From: Daphnia carinata
Lineage: Eukaryota
Assembly: GCF_022539665.2 (NCBI RefSeq)
Contig: NC_081332.1
Span: 6,324,001-6,388,000 of the forward strand
Direction: 5' to 3'
Length of the DNA: 64,000 nt
The notes below the pieces were generated by a model. That model had not been told where the DNA came from. It ran no database searches and saw nothing but the letters and a program-made list of their open reading frames with translations. A program made the position numbers and the translations under genes. The stretch's first letter is position 1. Every line of letters starts with the position of its first letter. Below, piece by piece: positions 28,310 through 42,200 of this stretch.

Positions 28310-29580
28310 ACAATCTACTATTTATTTATTTTTCTTTGGGGCTATTCTTCTTTTTTAGAGCAAAACGGGCTCACACACACATGAAGAAAGAGATTCTAAA
28401 AAACGCTTATTTTTATTATTATTATTATTTTTTTTTTCATTACTGAAATGGAGCCCTGTCTATAAATATATGGACGTTAAGACATTCAGTTGTTTCCTTT
28501 TTGGCTTCCTCGTTCGATTCGTTTCAAGTTGTCGTCCAAGTTTGTGCGCGAGCGTCACCCCCCCCCCCCTTCTTTGCTGTAAGGACGTAAAGAAACGGTA
28601 GACGATCGGAACGAACGGAGGAATTCCTCATTTAAATAGAAGGAGGAGGAAATGAAGCGCCGGAGTGCAAGTTACTTGGATGGGTGGGTGGATATGAAGG
28701 GAGAAAAAAAAAAAAAAGAAGGGAAGGAAGGAACACAGATGGACCAATCACTCAGCCGGCGACAGATGGGACTGTTCCTCTTGTCTGCTTTTGTATGGCC
28801 CCTGGATGTGCCCTCTCTCTCTCTCTCCGTGATGCATCCCGAAAAAAAAGAAAGAAGTGTAGTTCTTTTGCCCAAGTTCCTATCAGTTAGAAAGAAAAAA
28901 AAAAAAAAAAAAAGGGAAGAAAACAAAAATTACAAGACCGCCAGCTTTTTGAGAATGGATAGATGGATGGTTATATGGATGGATGGATGGACGAGTTCGG
29001 CCACCCAAAATGTCGTCATTTTCATCCGCCTCCTTTAACTCGCCACCCCTCCCCGCACACGACAAACTTCCGATAGAGCCGCATTTTCATCGCACGTTGG
29101 CGCACTCTATTTCGGTCGGAAAAAAACTGGCTGAAGCGATGAAGAATTTGGGCCGTGTTACACGACCCACTCAGACACCACACAATCCTGCCTCGAACTA
29201 ATTTAACAATCATAATAATCTACCATATCGCAATTTTTTTTTCGTGATATTCAAATAAAAAAAAGGGGAACAAAACGGGCTCGTATTATTGGCCCGTGTG
29301 ATTCCATTGTTCGATGCAAAAAAAAAAAAAGAAACTTTGTACACATATACGAGCTGGTTGAACATCTCCTGCTAAAACCTGGCCGTGTCGTTGCACTGGG
29401 CACAAAAGCGGGGGGAAAAAACACAACTGGCAGTGCCATGTGATGTTGAACAAAAGGGAACTCAAAAGAAGAATAGGGGCCGAACGAAACGTGACATGAT
29501 AAGAAGAAGACACGGTAGGCTAACATGCGCCTTAGACGGAGTGCAGTAGAGATGCCAAGAAACAAGAAGAAAAAAAAAAT

Positions 29581-29608
29581 AGAGAGAGAGAGAGAGAGAG
29601 AGAGAGAG
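29581..29608. repeat. (AG)14 microsatellite, representative of many GA/TC tracts
   Basis: Direct reading of the sequence. Confidence 0.9.
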
Positions 29609-32600
29609 CTGGGCAGGTTATTATGAATACTCGCCTAAAGGTCCTAGACGCAATATTCAATAGGATGTAAATGATTACGCGGCAGGAAATAAACGGGTCG
29701 AGGGGTTGCGTGTCGTCTCCGATGGGCTGCTGCCCAAATTTCTCGGAATACGGAATTGCGAAGAAGAAGAAGAAGAAGAAAAAAAAGTCCTGTCAGGTCC
29801 AAACTATCCGGGAGTGGTCAGGACTAAAAGGTAAACAAGGCGGAGATAAGGCATCAACTTAGCGCTTAAGGTTTCTACATTTATTGTACGTGTCACGTGT
29901 TAGATGTGAAATTGCAACGGTGCGCGTTTTGGGTTCGCGTAGTCTCAACTTGTCACACGCACAGCGAATGGAGAGCGCGCGTTAAACATTTATCCGTGTG
30001 GACAGCTAACTATGCAAATAAGCCAACTAAAAAGCGCTTCGCCAACAACATTGTCTCATTTCTTTTCAACACACAAATTCCATTGTTTCGTTTTTTCTTC
30101 GAAAGATGAAACGAACGACTCTCTTTCTCAAACGCTTTGCACAGAGTCTGAAGAGTTCGCGGAAACAAGAAACCGGACAACTCAATGGGCACGTTTTCAA
30201 CAGGAATAATACACAAAAAAAAGGAGAAAAAGAAATTGTAGGGAGAATGAAGAGAGTTAAGGAAAGCACAAAAGAGGAGGAGTGGTTGCATCTCTTAAGC
30301 CAGGGCGCGAGACACGCAGAGGCTCTGTGACAGAAGGGCTTCGCTATAGTTTGTAGTGGATATGTAACAATATAGACCTAGTCAAAGATGTAGTGTAGAT
30401 GTGCAGAGCCACCACAAAAACCACCCCCTCTCATATCCACAAATCTGGGCTTCGTTTTCGTATAGGACTAGGCCCTTGACAGGGCAGTATTGTTGCGCTG
30501 TAAGCAGTATCACGTCTATAACAACTTTATTACCTCAAAAACGAGCGAGAGCCCATTGAACATTTGGAAACGAGCACGCACGCAAAATGGAGCGAGAACA
30601 ACAAACGAAGGACGGACAGGACAGACTCATTAAGTTGTCGGAGCATCGCTCAAATCTGACGACAGTTATTCTTCGCCAAACAGAAAAAAAAGGCCTATCA
30701 TTTCTCTTCGTTTTCCACGGCCCTTGAAAAACTAAAAAGGGAACTAACTTTGCATTGGCGCTTTATTTTATTTTATTTTTTTTTTTTTTTCAATGAATCT
30801 TTTGCCCGTTTCCCCCCTCTCTGTCCTTGCTTGTTGTTGTTTAACGCACAGTATATTTACATGTCTCTCGATTATCAACGATGTGCGTGGGAAAAAGAAA
30901 AAGAAAAAGAAAAAAAATCTCCCTCTATACTCCGGGAATAGAGGGGAGGACATCACCAGTCTTTGCCAACATTATGGGGTTTCGTTCTTGCACTCACGGG
31001 AAACCTTTTCATTTCCATTTTTTTTTTCTTTTTCTCTCTCTTTTAGATGATCACGTTAAGTGCTGTTCCTGCTTAGATTAACTAGTCACGCAATGTCTTT
31101 GCATGCACAGCTTTATATATGCCACTGCTATGTGTTTCTTATCCCATACACACACACGACCCTGCAAAAAAAAAAAAAAAAAAAAAAAATAGAAAAGCTT
31201 TCCTGAGTTTATTTTTTTTTTAGTCCTACGGTGTTGGTAAAGACCAGAAAACTGTGTGTGTGTGCATAATTGAATGGGTTACGCCAAAGTTATTCAAGGT
31301 CTTCGGGGGGTTCTTGTGTGTGGCATATGAATGGTCTGAAAGAACGGAGAGTGTCACAGACACACACCTGATCCCGGGCCACCGCATCATTATCGTCATC
31401 GTCATTCAAATGTGTTTTATTTATTTTTAAACTTTCAGTTTTCTTTGATTTATTATTACATACAGTCCTTTAGTTCGCGTGTTTAGCAGACGTAGAGAAA
31501 TTGGCTGGCCTGTTGGTTACTCGTAAAATGGTGTGTTGGTTCAACTTGCTGGCCGTTTCGATCCCGAAGACAGGTGAATGCCTGATGATGTGCAAACGTG
31601 TTTTTTTTTCTTCGTTGCAACGCAATGCAACGAGTGAAAAATCGAGGCGGATTTCAGTGATACCTTATATTCTCGTGTTGCATCTCATAGCCATCCTCCA
31701 GCTGATATCACGTCGCTGGAAGCAATGCGAAACCAACCGGCGATGATGTATCGTTTTTCTTTTATTTAATTTTTATTATTTATTTATTTTTTTCTTCCTG
31801 TTGCAACTTGGTGAGCTCTCAGCAAGGGGTACTTGGTATTAGACAACATCAGACAAGATAGGACGAGAAGAAACGAAACAATATTTCCGCCCAGTGGTTA
31901 GCGTTTCATTCCATAATCGGCTAAGGACCCCCATTTCCTTCTACGCATTTTGCTCGACCGAAAAGGAATAGAAAGAAGAAGAAGAAGAAAAAAAAAAAAA
32001 AACGAGCAAATCATCGGTTTCGGGACTTTTGGGAGAGATCGGGACATGTTCAAATGACTCACGATTTCTTTGGATTTTTTTTTTATCAGTTAACAAATTA
32101 ATGATTCTTCTTTTTAGTTTGCCGGTTTTTGTTTCGTATTTCATTTCTAGCCAAACAAAAAAAAAAACAAGAAGACAAACTCATTTAGTATGGAAACATC
32201 CGGGTTATTCCTGGAATGGCATTTTTGTTGTGAAATCGATTCTGGTTCCGTGGCCATCGTTCTGTCCAATCGGTTGGACTGTCCGTTTTCTTTTACTTTG
32301 CATGCCATTTTCAAAATTGATTCTCTCTCTCTCTCCTTCTTCTCTCTTCTAAATGATCAGAAAAAATAAAAATAATCGGGATTTCTTTTTTTTTCTTTCC
32401 TCTCTTGAGAAATGTTGAATAGATGCATTCGATCACATCGTCGTCTATGAAATATTCAGATTTCAATTGCCACAAGGGAATGGATGAAGAAGCAGATGGG
32501 GAAAAAAGAAAAATACGTGAATAAAAAGAACGCGCAAAGAAGAAAATGGAAAGACGTCAGAGGTGGACGACGAGCAGACCATTGTTACTATATTGAACGA

Positions 32601-35600
32601 AGGAAAGAATAAAAAAAAAAAAAAAAAGAAAAGAAATCCATGTATGTGTATACAAAACTTGCAGCGTTCGCACGATGGGAGGCCTTGCTCGCCCGATGAT
32701 CAATCGATTGCCGCTTCTATACATAATCGATTGGTAATCAGCCATGAATATATACGTCTACACATGGAATATGCGTGCGCATATATCATCTTCCCAAACC
32801 GGTCACATACTCAATTTTCCTAGAAAAAAAAAAAGAGAGAAAAAAACAAAACAAAAAGACAGCCGAAGCATTCCAGTAGTAGGCCTTATCATCAATTATC
32901 TCGATCAACGGAAATACTGAATGATTCTTACGCTTAACGCACACAACTGTGCGCAACGAACTAAGGAGGGAATTTCGAAGTGGGTAGAGACAAAGAAAGA
33001 AAAAGTTTTGTTTTTATTGAAGAGCCAAGTTAAACGGCTGTTGTGACTTGGCCACGTCAAAGTAGAAAAACAAACAAAGTAGACAAGAGCGATTACGTCT
33101 TCGTAACACAAAGATCTCTAGGGGTAAAGAACGTTGTAGAAAAGTTTGAGTGTCACTTTTTGGCTGTATTTATTATTGCGCAAGTTGTTCTCAATTTGTT
33201 ATTTCTCTTGTGCGAAAGAACGGAAGCTTTTTGGCCGCATGGCCATCATTACCGCACCACTGGGAACATCTTCCCTTTTTGCAGAGGCTAATATGAAAAC
33301 AAACAACTGCATTTTTCGATTTGATGTGTTATAGCGTTCAACGAACAGAGTTATCGATCGATATTGCTAGTGCTACTTGTTACATTGTTCCAATATGATG
33401 TGTTTCGTTCAAGGTGAAATCAAACGGATTGACAATGGGAAACAATGGGGGGACGGATTGAATCGAAAAGCAGAAATAGTCAAAACTTTTTTGATTTTTT
33501 TCCCCCGTTTGATTTTTTTTTTTTTTTGCTTTCTGTGTGTCGTCATTTTACACATTGTAAACGCTATAAAACCTTCATATCCCTTTGTGTCAGTGTGTTG
33601 TTCGGTGGCTGCCTATCGTTCCACTGGATGCCATTCCACAGAGTACACTTACGGTATATCGCTCCGTTGACTCCACACACACAACAATACACACAAACAC
33701 GCACGCACCCCTCTTTTCTCCTCTTGTACAATTTTCACGAAAAGTGGGGACGAAAGAGTGCGAGTAAAAAGGGGGGAGAAAAAGGATATTAGTCGCTATA
33801 AAATCTTTGCTCGTCGTCCCCCCCCCCCATTTCTCCTATAATGCGTGAATACACTACACATGAAGAACTATACCGCTGCGTTATATAACAACACCCTCCG
33901 CTTTTTTCCCCCTTATTCCCATCGGTTTGCATCCCCACTTTGCACACAACACCCCGAGCGTACACAACAGTCCCAGTCGGGGTTACGTATCGGCGGAAGC
34001 CTTTAACGGTGATTTTAACACGTTTTTACAGACGAATTGGTCGATAGGCTATTATAGAATATAAACATAGACACACCCGTAGAAGAGGGGGGGACGACAT
34101 CAGTCTACAAAAATGCCGAATTGTTACATTAAATAAAAGGGGGACGATCGAAGAGCTGACAGAGAAATTGGAACTCGATGATATGGGCGCGAAATCATCA
34201 TTTTTTTTTTTTTTAAATAATAAAATTTGTAAAAAAAACTGGTGGTTGAACGATTTTGTTTCCCCCCTACCCCCACCCTCCCATATAGCAGCCGAAAGGG
34301 ACAGATTGGGGTGCCATTATATTCATAAAATATGTGACGACACACACGCACAGAATAAAAAAATAAAAGAATGATGTAACAGCAGCTGGCCCTGTATATC
34401 AAAAGCTCGCATTTTTTTTTTCTATATTGAGCGAGTGTGTGTGTGTGTGACTTGTGATCGATTTCTTCCTATTAAAACGACTTTGATGATCATTGAGCGC
34501 AGTTGGATGACATCGGCTCGCAACATTAACTTCAATTTGGTCACGGTGATTCGATTAGGCTGCGCTGTGCAAGAACGAGCGCCGGCTTGCCTTACTAGTG
34601 GTGCAATGATGGGGAAAGTTCCAGGCATCCTGGCGGCGTCCCTTTCAAAAAAAGGGTCCAATGGCTACAGTATTTATTTAGGACGGGTCCTATGTCGCAG
34701 CCACAAGGTAAGGGTGTTCACGAGCGTGTACGCATCAAACGAAACACAAAATAATAAGCCCCGCATATAAAACGAACTGATCAATTCAAAAGAAAAAAAA
34801 AAAAACGAACTCATTTGACCTGTATATGACATAGATTGTTGGCTGTACATTTTATGACGAAACGGGGAGGAAGGACGATGAGCGAATGCAATCCACTTGT
34901 TTTAACGCTGATGAGTTTTAATCCGTTTGATTATTTAAGGCAGGAAGCGCAACGGGACGAGTCGCGCAGAGCAAATCCAATTGGAGCCATGCCGGAAGAG
35001 GACAAAAAAGAAAAACAAAACAGGGAGGCAAGGTTTTCCGAGAGAGCGCACGACTCTGGAGGACTCCCTCTTTATCTTTTAGTACACACACAAAGAGGAA
35101 CGGACGTGAGTAGCGAGAGGGGTGGGGGAGAGAGAAACTGTAAGTCAATTGAATTGCCCAGCTTCATCATCGTCATAATGGTAACCCGGCAACGGCTAAA
35201 ACGCTGGCAAAAACAACATCCTCCTCTTCCGCACGGAAAACGAGAGAGAGAGAGAGACACACAAGTCCAGACAAGAGAGAGACGAGTCTAAACAACATAA
35301 CGTAATCCATTTCGCTCTTTATTTCCTCTCCTGTGCGCCGTGTCCCCTAGATCCGTGCGTGCCTCTGTCCATGTTTTTCCTAGTAACTTCTTTTTTTTTT
35401 CACAAAGAATCTAATCCCGAGAAGGAAGGGAGTCGTCGAGAGAACATTGGTTGCTTGTGCGACGATGAAAAGATATGAATCCGTCAGCTGGATTTATGCT
35501 TCCCAATGCTGGTAAGAGTTCTCTCCCCCCCCCCCCCCCCTTTCTTTTTTTTTTGTTCCGTGCTGAAGGGCTATAGAAGTAGCAACCTTACTAGATACAT

Positions 35601-38600
35601 GTATGAAACACATATAGAGAAAAAAAAAGCCAATGTGTGGGTGGGGGGGGGGGGTAGTGAAAAACGGGGGAGTAGAGGAAAAGGAAGTTGTGGAAGAGAG
35701 AGGAACTTGAAGGGTCTGCGAACATTCGTTTCCGTCCGTTATATACAACTGCTTATATGTACTCGATCTATCCGCTGACACGGCTCGATTTGACCCCCTC
35801 TGCATCAAGTCCGGTGTGTGCGGACGTGTTCTCAAAACCGCCGTCCACACGGAATTGGCCCAATGCCCTGCTTTTTTTTGTGTGTGTGTGTTGCCAAATG
35901 TTGCCAATCTATGTATTAAAAAAAAAAGACGATGGTGGACACCACGAAAAGCCCTCAAAACAGTTGACACTCACACCGCTCTATCTATAATAGCCTAAAT
36001 GGGTAGAGAAGAAGCCCCCCCCCATCTCGCTGAAAACGGAAACATCGACAGCAACTGTCCCCCCTGTAACAGATACAGTTCAACTTTTGTTTTGGCCAAT
36101 GTCGTTTGACACTCGCAGCTTGCCCAACTGACTGATATTTCGCACTCATCGCTCTAGTATGCGAGGGGTGTCTCTCCTATTGGTTTTGGGCCGGGGCACA
36201 TTGCACAAGTGTCAATAACTAGCGCTATATACACGGCAGATGTTTTGCTAAAATAAAAATCTCGCTATCTTTTGTTAGTCTCCCTAACTCGTCCTGTCGA
36301 GAGTAAAGCGAACAACATGTGTGACATCCCGACGACCGACAAGTTGCAGTAGTCCATCAGCTTCTAGAGAGTAGCGCTGATGGACTGAGTGGATCAGCGA
36401 TTGCTTATTCTCAATCGCACAGGACTAGCGGCCCTGCTGACCCCAACAACCTTCCCCATTTTGATGGATCTCTTGGTTTTCTTTTTGTGTGTGTTCTTTT
36501 CGTCTATCCGCACTCAAATCTGTTTCTAAACCAAGCCCACCCATCTCCTTTTCGATGCTTAATTTCATTACGACAGCTACTTTAGTCCTAACCGTACAAA
36601 AAAAAAAAAAAATAAGGGATGCATTCAATGATATCACGTTAAAATATGCAGAAAAAAACAAAATAAGAAGCCGAGTGCTGATGCTAATGGCAGCGTTGGA
36701 ACGTCATCGCTGACTTGTTTTTAGTTCGGGATAAGTTGAAACGCTTTACCCTATCGTTCACAAACGGCTGACTGAGTGCTCCTCTACGATCGTAAACATT
36801 TTGTTTGTTTTGTTTTTTGTTTTTTCAAAACAACAACACACACAAAAATGCACAGCGATTCCTCTTACACATTCGTTTGGGGGCTGTTGCTTTGCTGCTG
36901 TTGCTCCATTCGTGTCGTTTTGGCTTGTACACAGAGAGACTGCGTGATAAACATAATACAACACACACACACACACGAAACACATCCAGCACAACAAGAG
37001 ATAGTACGGTAGTAAAGCAAGTCGTCAGACTTTAGCGGGCAACACTATAATTTCGTAAAGTACGATGAGGGAAAAAACGCGACACACACACACACACACA
37101 CACACACAAAGGAGAGAAAAAAACAAAAACAAGACTAAACAGAAACAAAATACCCAGTGTGTGTGTGTATATCTACGTAGACAAGAGAAATTTCAAAAAA
37201 AAAAATAATAAAATAAAATAAAAGCCACTAAAATAGATAGGACCTTTTTTTTCCTTTTTGTATTATAATGCATGTATATCGCGCGATGGCCGGAAAACCA
37301 CGGCTGTAAATATCCGCTGTGCGTTCAAAAAGAATGACGCATATCGTATAAGAGAAGAAAAAGAAAGAAGAGAGAAAATGCGTATGTATATATTTAAAGA
37401 CGTAAAAGAAACGCTTTATATATTCGTTGTGTTTTTGTGGACTTGCGTATAGAGAAGAGGGGCGCACACCAACACCAGGGCACTGATTATATGCGTGTGA
37501 TGGTCGTTTTTTTTTTTTTTCTTTTCCAAAAAACCAACTGAAGAATGAGATAAGAGCACCGGAGACGAAGTGAATCAGAAAATGCCACAGAATTTTTTAT
37601 TTTATTTTTTTTTTTTTCGCTTTTTTAAGTGAAAAGGGAAGAAAGATGGCCGATCCATCATGCTGTGAAGCAGAGGAACGAGAAAGAAAAAAAAAAAACT
37701 TCACTCCTGTGAGTAAACACACCACGCTGCCTAGATACTTATCTCTAATCATAATAAGAAAGCTTGTCTATCTAATAAATGTAGGTCGAGTTATTTCACT
37801 AGAAAAATCAAATGCTTCTCATTCCCGAAAAGAAATAATAAATATTTTCCTTATATTATTATTTTTTTTTTGACAGGGATCTCTTTTAGAAAACGGCTCT
37901 CTAGTGTCAAATCCTTGCACTGCAGTAATAGGGAAATAAAGCAAAAACAAAAAAAAAAAAAAAAAATTGTTGAAGACCGGGAGGGAGAGGTTTTAAAGAA
38001 TGCGTTTGTCGTTTTCTGCCGTCTTGTTTCCATTACGGCGATAAGAGAAGGAACGCGCGCTGCCGGCCATATCCCGCCAATGTCACGCTCAACCAATGAG
38101 TAAAACAAACGCGTGCAAGGCCTGCAAGCAATTCGGTAACCAGATACACTCGCAAGATAAAAGAGAAAGAGAAAAAAAAAAGACGGGCTGCAGATAGGGT
38201 CGCCATGCAGATACCGCCCCATATTCTCCCGTCACGTTTTTAAATTTTTCTTTAAAAATAAATTTCCTCGGTACAGCAAATACCGAGTGTTACATTGCTA
38301 CAGTTAACATATAACAGCAAAGAATAAAAATGTGTATTAGAAAAAAAAAAAAAAAAAAACATTCTTTGACATAGTTTGGAACACAAAAACGTCATACCTA
38401 TTCGTTCATTCCTACCCCCTGGAATAGAAGAGGAGCCCTGTGAAACCGGTAGTCCAAGAATGTTGTCTTATGGAGACAAATAACTCGTCAACTTGTCTCT
38501 TTTTTTTTTTTCTCTCTCTCTCTCTGTCTACGATATCCTCCCCTCCGACTGCGATCTGCATATTGCATTAACATTTTCGCCCCGCCAAAGCCAAAGTAGA

Positions 38601-39703
38601 CATCTTCGTGGCACCGGTATTATGATTGCTTCCATTACTCTGCGGCCCGCGCGCCGCAATTTTGCTTTGCGACACAAAAACAACACAAACAAATGATGGA
38701 TGGTCGTAACCGAGTAACGAGAAACATAACAACAAAAGAAAAAAGGAGAGAACTAGAGAAAAATAAAAAGAGGGGACGGAATTAATAATGGACGACTAGT
38801 AATCGATTGGCCAGAGACGTGCCAGCTCTTCATATGTGTGCCCTCCTACGAACAGATGTAATCAAAGATCCACTTGCATTTCGATTTGTTTATTTTCCAT
38901 TTCATTTTTGTTTTTCGCGGTAAAAAATGTCTTTTTTTTTTAAAGCGAAAACGCTTGAAGGATTCAAAGGAAACTGGTTGAGTTTTTTTTTTGTTTTCAT
39001 TTTCCGTACACAACGAATTGAAAAATGGCAGTAAAAAATATTTAAAAAATGGTGGTGTGTATATATGTATATTTTTTTTAGAGAGACGGCCGAATTTCCA
39101 GCTAGGGAATTCAATTTGATCTTTGAACCCACTAGCCAGCCGTCATGTGTGTGTTGTACATATTATGTACAGTTATATCGGCTCATATTTGATGTCTTTC
39201 GACAACTCCCCGATGTGCAGCGCTACATGAACGCACCCGACGAATAATCGCTTTTCTTCGTTCGAAATTCAAGAAACAGCAGAGAACAAGAAAATGGTAC
39301 CAAAGGGAAATCATTTCATACTAAAAAAAAAAAAATTTCAATTTCATTTTGTTGATTTATTTTTTATTATTATTTTTTTTTTTTGTCTTCTCCGGTCATT
39401 TTTCTTCTTCTTCCTTTTTCAGTTTGTGTGTGTGTTAAAAAAAGGCCGTTTTTATTTCAAACATCTTTTCATTCTCTCTCGGTTTTCAATCTAACAGTTG
39501 CCAGTCCGATGACACATTCGGGGTCGCTCTGGTCGGCTTGGCGACTCAACGGCGGCATTGGGCGTCGTCCTTATCGCCTTCTCTGCGTTGTTACACACTT
39601 GAAGATGATTCGACAGACACGCAAAACAAACACACAAGGAAACTGGCTGTTTCAAACTTGAAGACCCAACGGCTGCTTGAAGCGGTTTTTCAAATAGCAG
39701 CTC

Positions 39704-39736
<33 letters not shown>

Positions 39737-42168
39737 CACTAAAAAACAAAAGCGACATGAGAAGTTCAGCGTCAAGAGGCGGCCCTCTCCCCTCGAAAAA
39801 AACATTGCGGAAATGGTCTAAGGATAACAAAAGGGGCAAAATGAAGTGTTACAATATAACAGCCTCCGCTGTGTGTGTGTTTGCAAACTGCACGAGATGT
39901 GTGTGTGTGTATATAAATATACAAGCCGATGTAGGGGGGGGGGAAGCAAAAGAAACTGCTGCTGGAAAAAAAAAGGAAGGGAACCGCAGAGGTGGATGGG
40001 CGCGGTGTGTTGAGAGGCGGATGTGCATAAATCTATCCGATTGCTGTAAATCTGTTGGCGGGCTCTGCGAGATACTCGCACGCCCAGTCCTGTACTGACA
40101 AGTCCCGGACTCGCGCAAAAGTTTTTAGGAACAAACACACACACAGACACACACACACACACACAAAAAAAAAAACTGTTGAGTAATAAAATTAAAAGGC
40201 CAGACAGTGGCACAGTAGTTTTGCGGATTTGTTAACCAGACCCCGCTTGCCCAAAAGAAGAACGGCTGCGTATACATTATGGTAATAACATGTTCCATAC
40301 CCTCCTACTGTATACGAAATTGACATTCCTCCACATCGTAAATGACCGGAGGTATTTTTATTTTTTATTCTTTATTCTTTTTTGGGGTTTTTACATTCCT
40401 TTTTTTTTTTTTTTTTCATTTTCGGAAATAAATTTAGGCTTTTGTTTTTACTGCTCTTCCGGCTGAAATTGAAACAGGACAATCCTCCTTGTTCTCTCCC
40501 CTTGTAACAAAAACAAAATTATTATTATTTTTTTAAGTCTCTAGCATTTTTGTCTTTTAATGTCCGGCATCTCGATTACGGGTTATTGCAGGGTAACGGA
40601 CTATACGCTATCAAAAAGAATGTTCCTCTAACAGCATGTGTTATAGCCAGTAGTACAAATAAAAATATTAAAAATAAAAAAAAAGCCAACAAAACAAAAT
40701 AAAATTTCAAAGAAAAAAATGTCAATTCCGGTCCACGTTTTCTTCTCGGGCGAGTTTATATGGGAAACAACAACTTCCGCAGTAACGTATTATCTATTTC
40801 GAGAGCGGCGAGTCGCTCATATCAGGGCCGGATGCGACTTTTTTTCTCTTTTCTTTTCGTGCGTGTGTTGTTGATTCCTTGGAAACGGATTGCGTGCATT
40901 GTTGACTCGTTTTTATTTTATCTTTTCCTCTTTTTCTTTGACGTTTTTTTTTTCCCGAAAAAAGTGATTTTTTTTTCCTTTTTAGATTACACGCACAAAG
41001 TATCCGTAGAATTACCTTTTTACATACCCCCCCCTCCATATTTTTAAAATACGCAATCGAAATGAAAACCGCTTTCACCTTTCAAAATAAAAATCATTTT
41101 CGAATAGTTTAAACAGAACTGACGTCCATTCGAATTCGAGTGACAATAGGGTTGCAGGAAAATCACGATGACTCGGCTAGCCCATCACACGAAATTCAGG
41201 TCCAGTGCACTCAGCACATAAAGAGAGGGGAGCACAAATAAAAAGCTTTATTTGAAAGAAACTGTGTGCGTGCGTCTTTGAATATGGCGCCGGGAGCGGT
41301 GTATGTGTACGTCACGTGACTCTGACGGCTCGACATCTATGATCTAGATCAAAACCTGCTCTATATGAAAAGAGCTATACGAAATAGATGAGTGTTAGAC
41401 GGAGCGAAAAGAGAGAGAGAGGGAGAGAAAAAAAAAAAAAAAGAAGGGAGATGGAGAGTGCTCATTAGCAATGCGACATTCAACATTAGTAATATCTATA
41501 CATTACGTAGGTCTCGTTGCGTTACGTAGCGACAGGACAATGGCCTACACAAAGGCGGGCGCAATAAATCCAGAGGGGGTTGAATAAAGGGAGTTGATTG
41601 AAGTCGATAGCTGGCTGTCATCTTTCCAGTCGATCAAATCTTTTAACGGACTCGTTCGCACACAGGCTTACAGATTACGTATATATATGTATATATATGT
41701 ACATAAGAAAATGAGAGGACGAGAAGAAACGAACACACAAAGAAGACATCTATACGACTAGCTACTATTCCCTACGTACTATACGCATTTCTTTTTTAAC
41801 GGTAGAACAGCGAAAACGGGCCAGCAACGTTAGTTACGAGCAAATAGAATGGGCCAAGAAAAATAAATGGAGGAAACGCCACACACACACACACAGACGC
41901 CAATAGATGAGATAGATAGACTCACTGCGTTCTTAATCAATGGCTCCAATGGAGCGTTATTGGAGTAGGCTGCGCGAATGCATCACACGACGATAGATAT
42001 AAATGTAGTGCATATCATACCTTCTAACCCCCCCCCCCGCGTTCGCATTTTTCATCTAGATATCAAAATACGTATATCTCACATATTCGCCCGCTGGATC
42101 GAAAAAAAGAAAGTGCTCGGCCAACTGGATTTTTCTTTTCCTTTTCTTGACATGACATTCGTCGTCCT

Positions 42169-42200
<32 letters not shown>

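Noticed and set aside
36351..36386. 11-bp inverted repeat AGTCCATCAGC / GCTGATGGACT as a possible miRNA or structured RNA
   Set aside because: The stem is too short for a pre-miRNA, I recall no matching mature miRNA, and one such stem is plausible by chance in 64 kb.
31860..41733. 18-bp dispersed match AGGACGAGAAGAAACGAA at 31860 and 41716
   Set aside because: Purine-rich low-complexity sequence with unrelated flanks; not evidence of an LTR or other mobile element.
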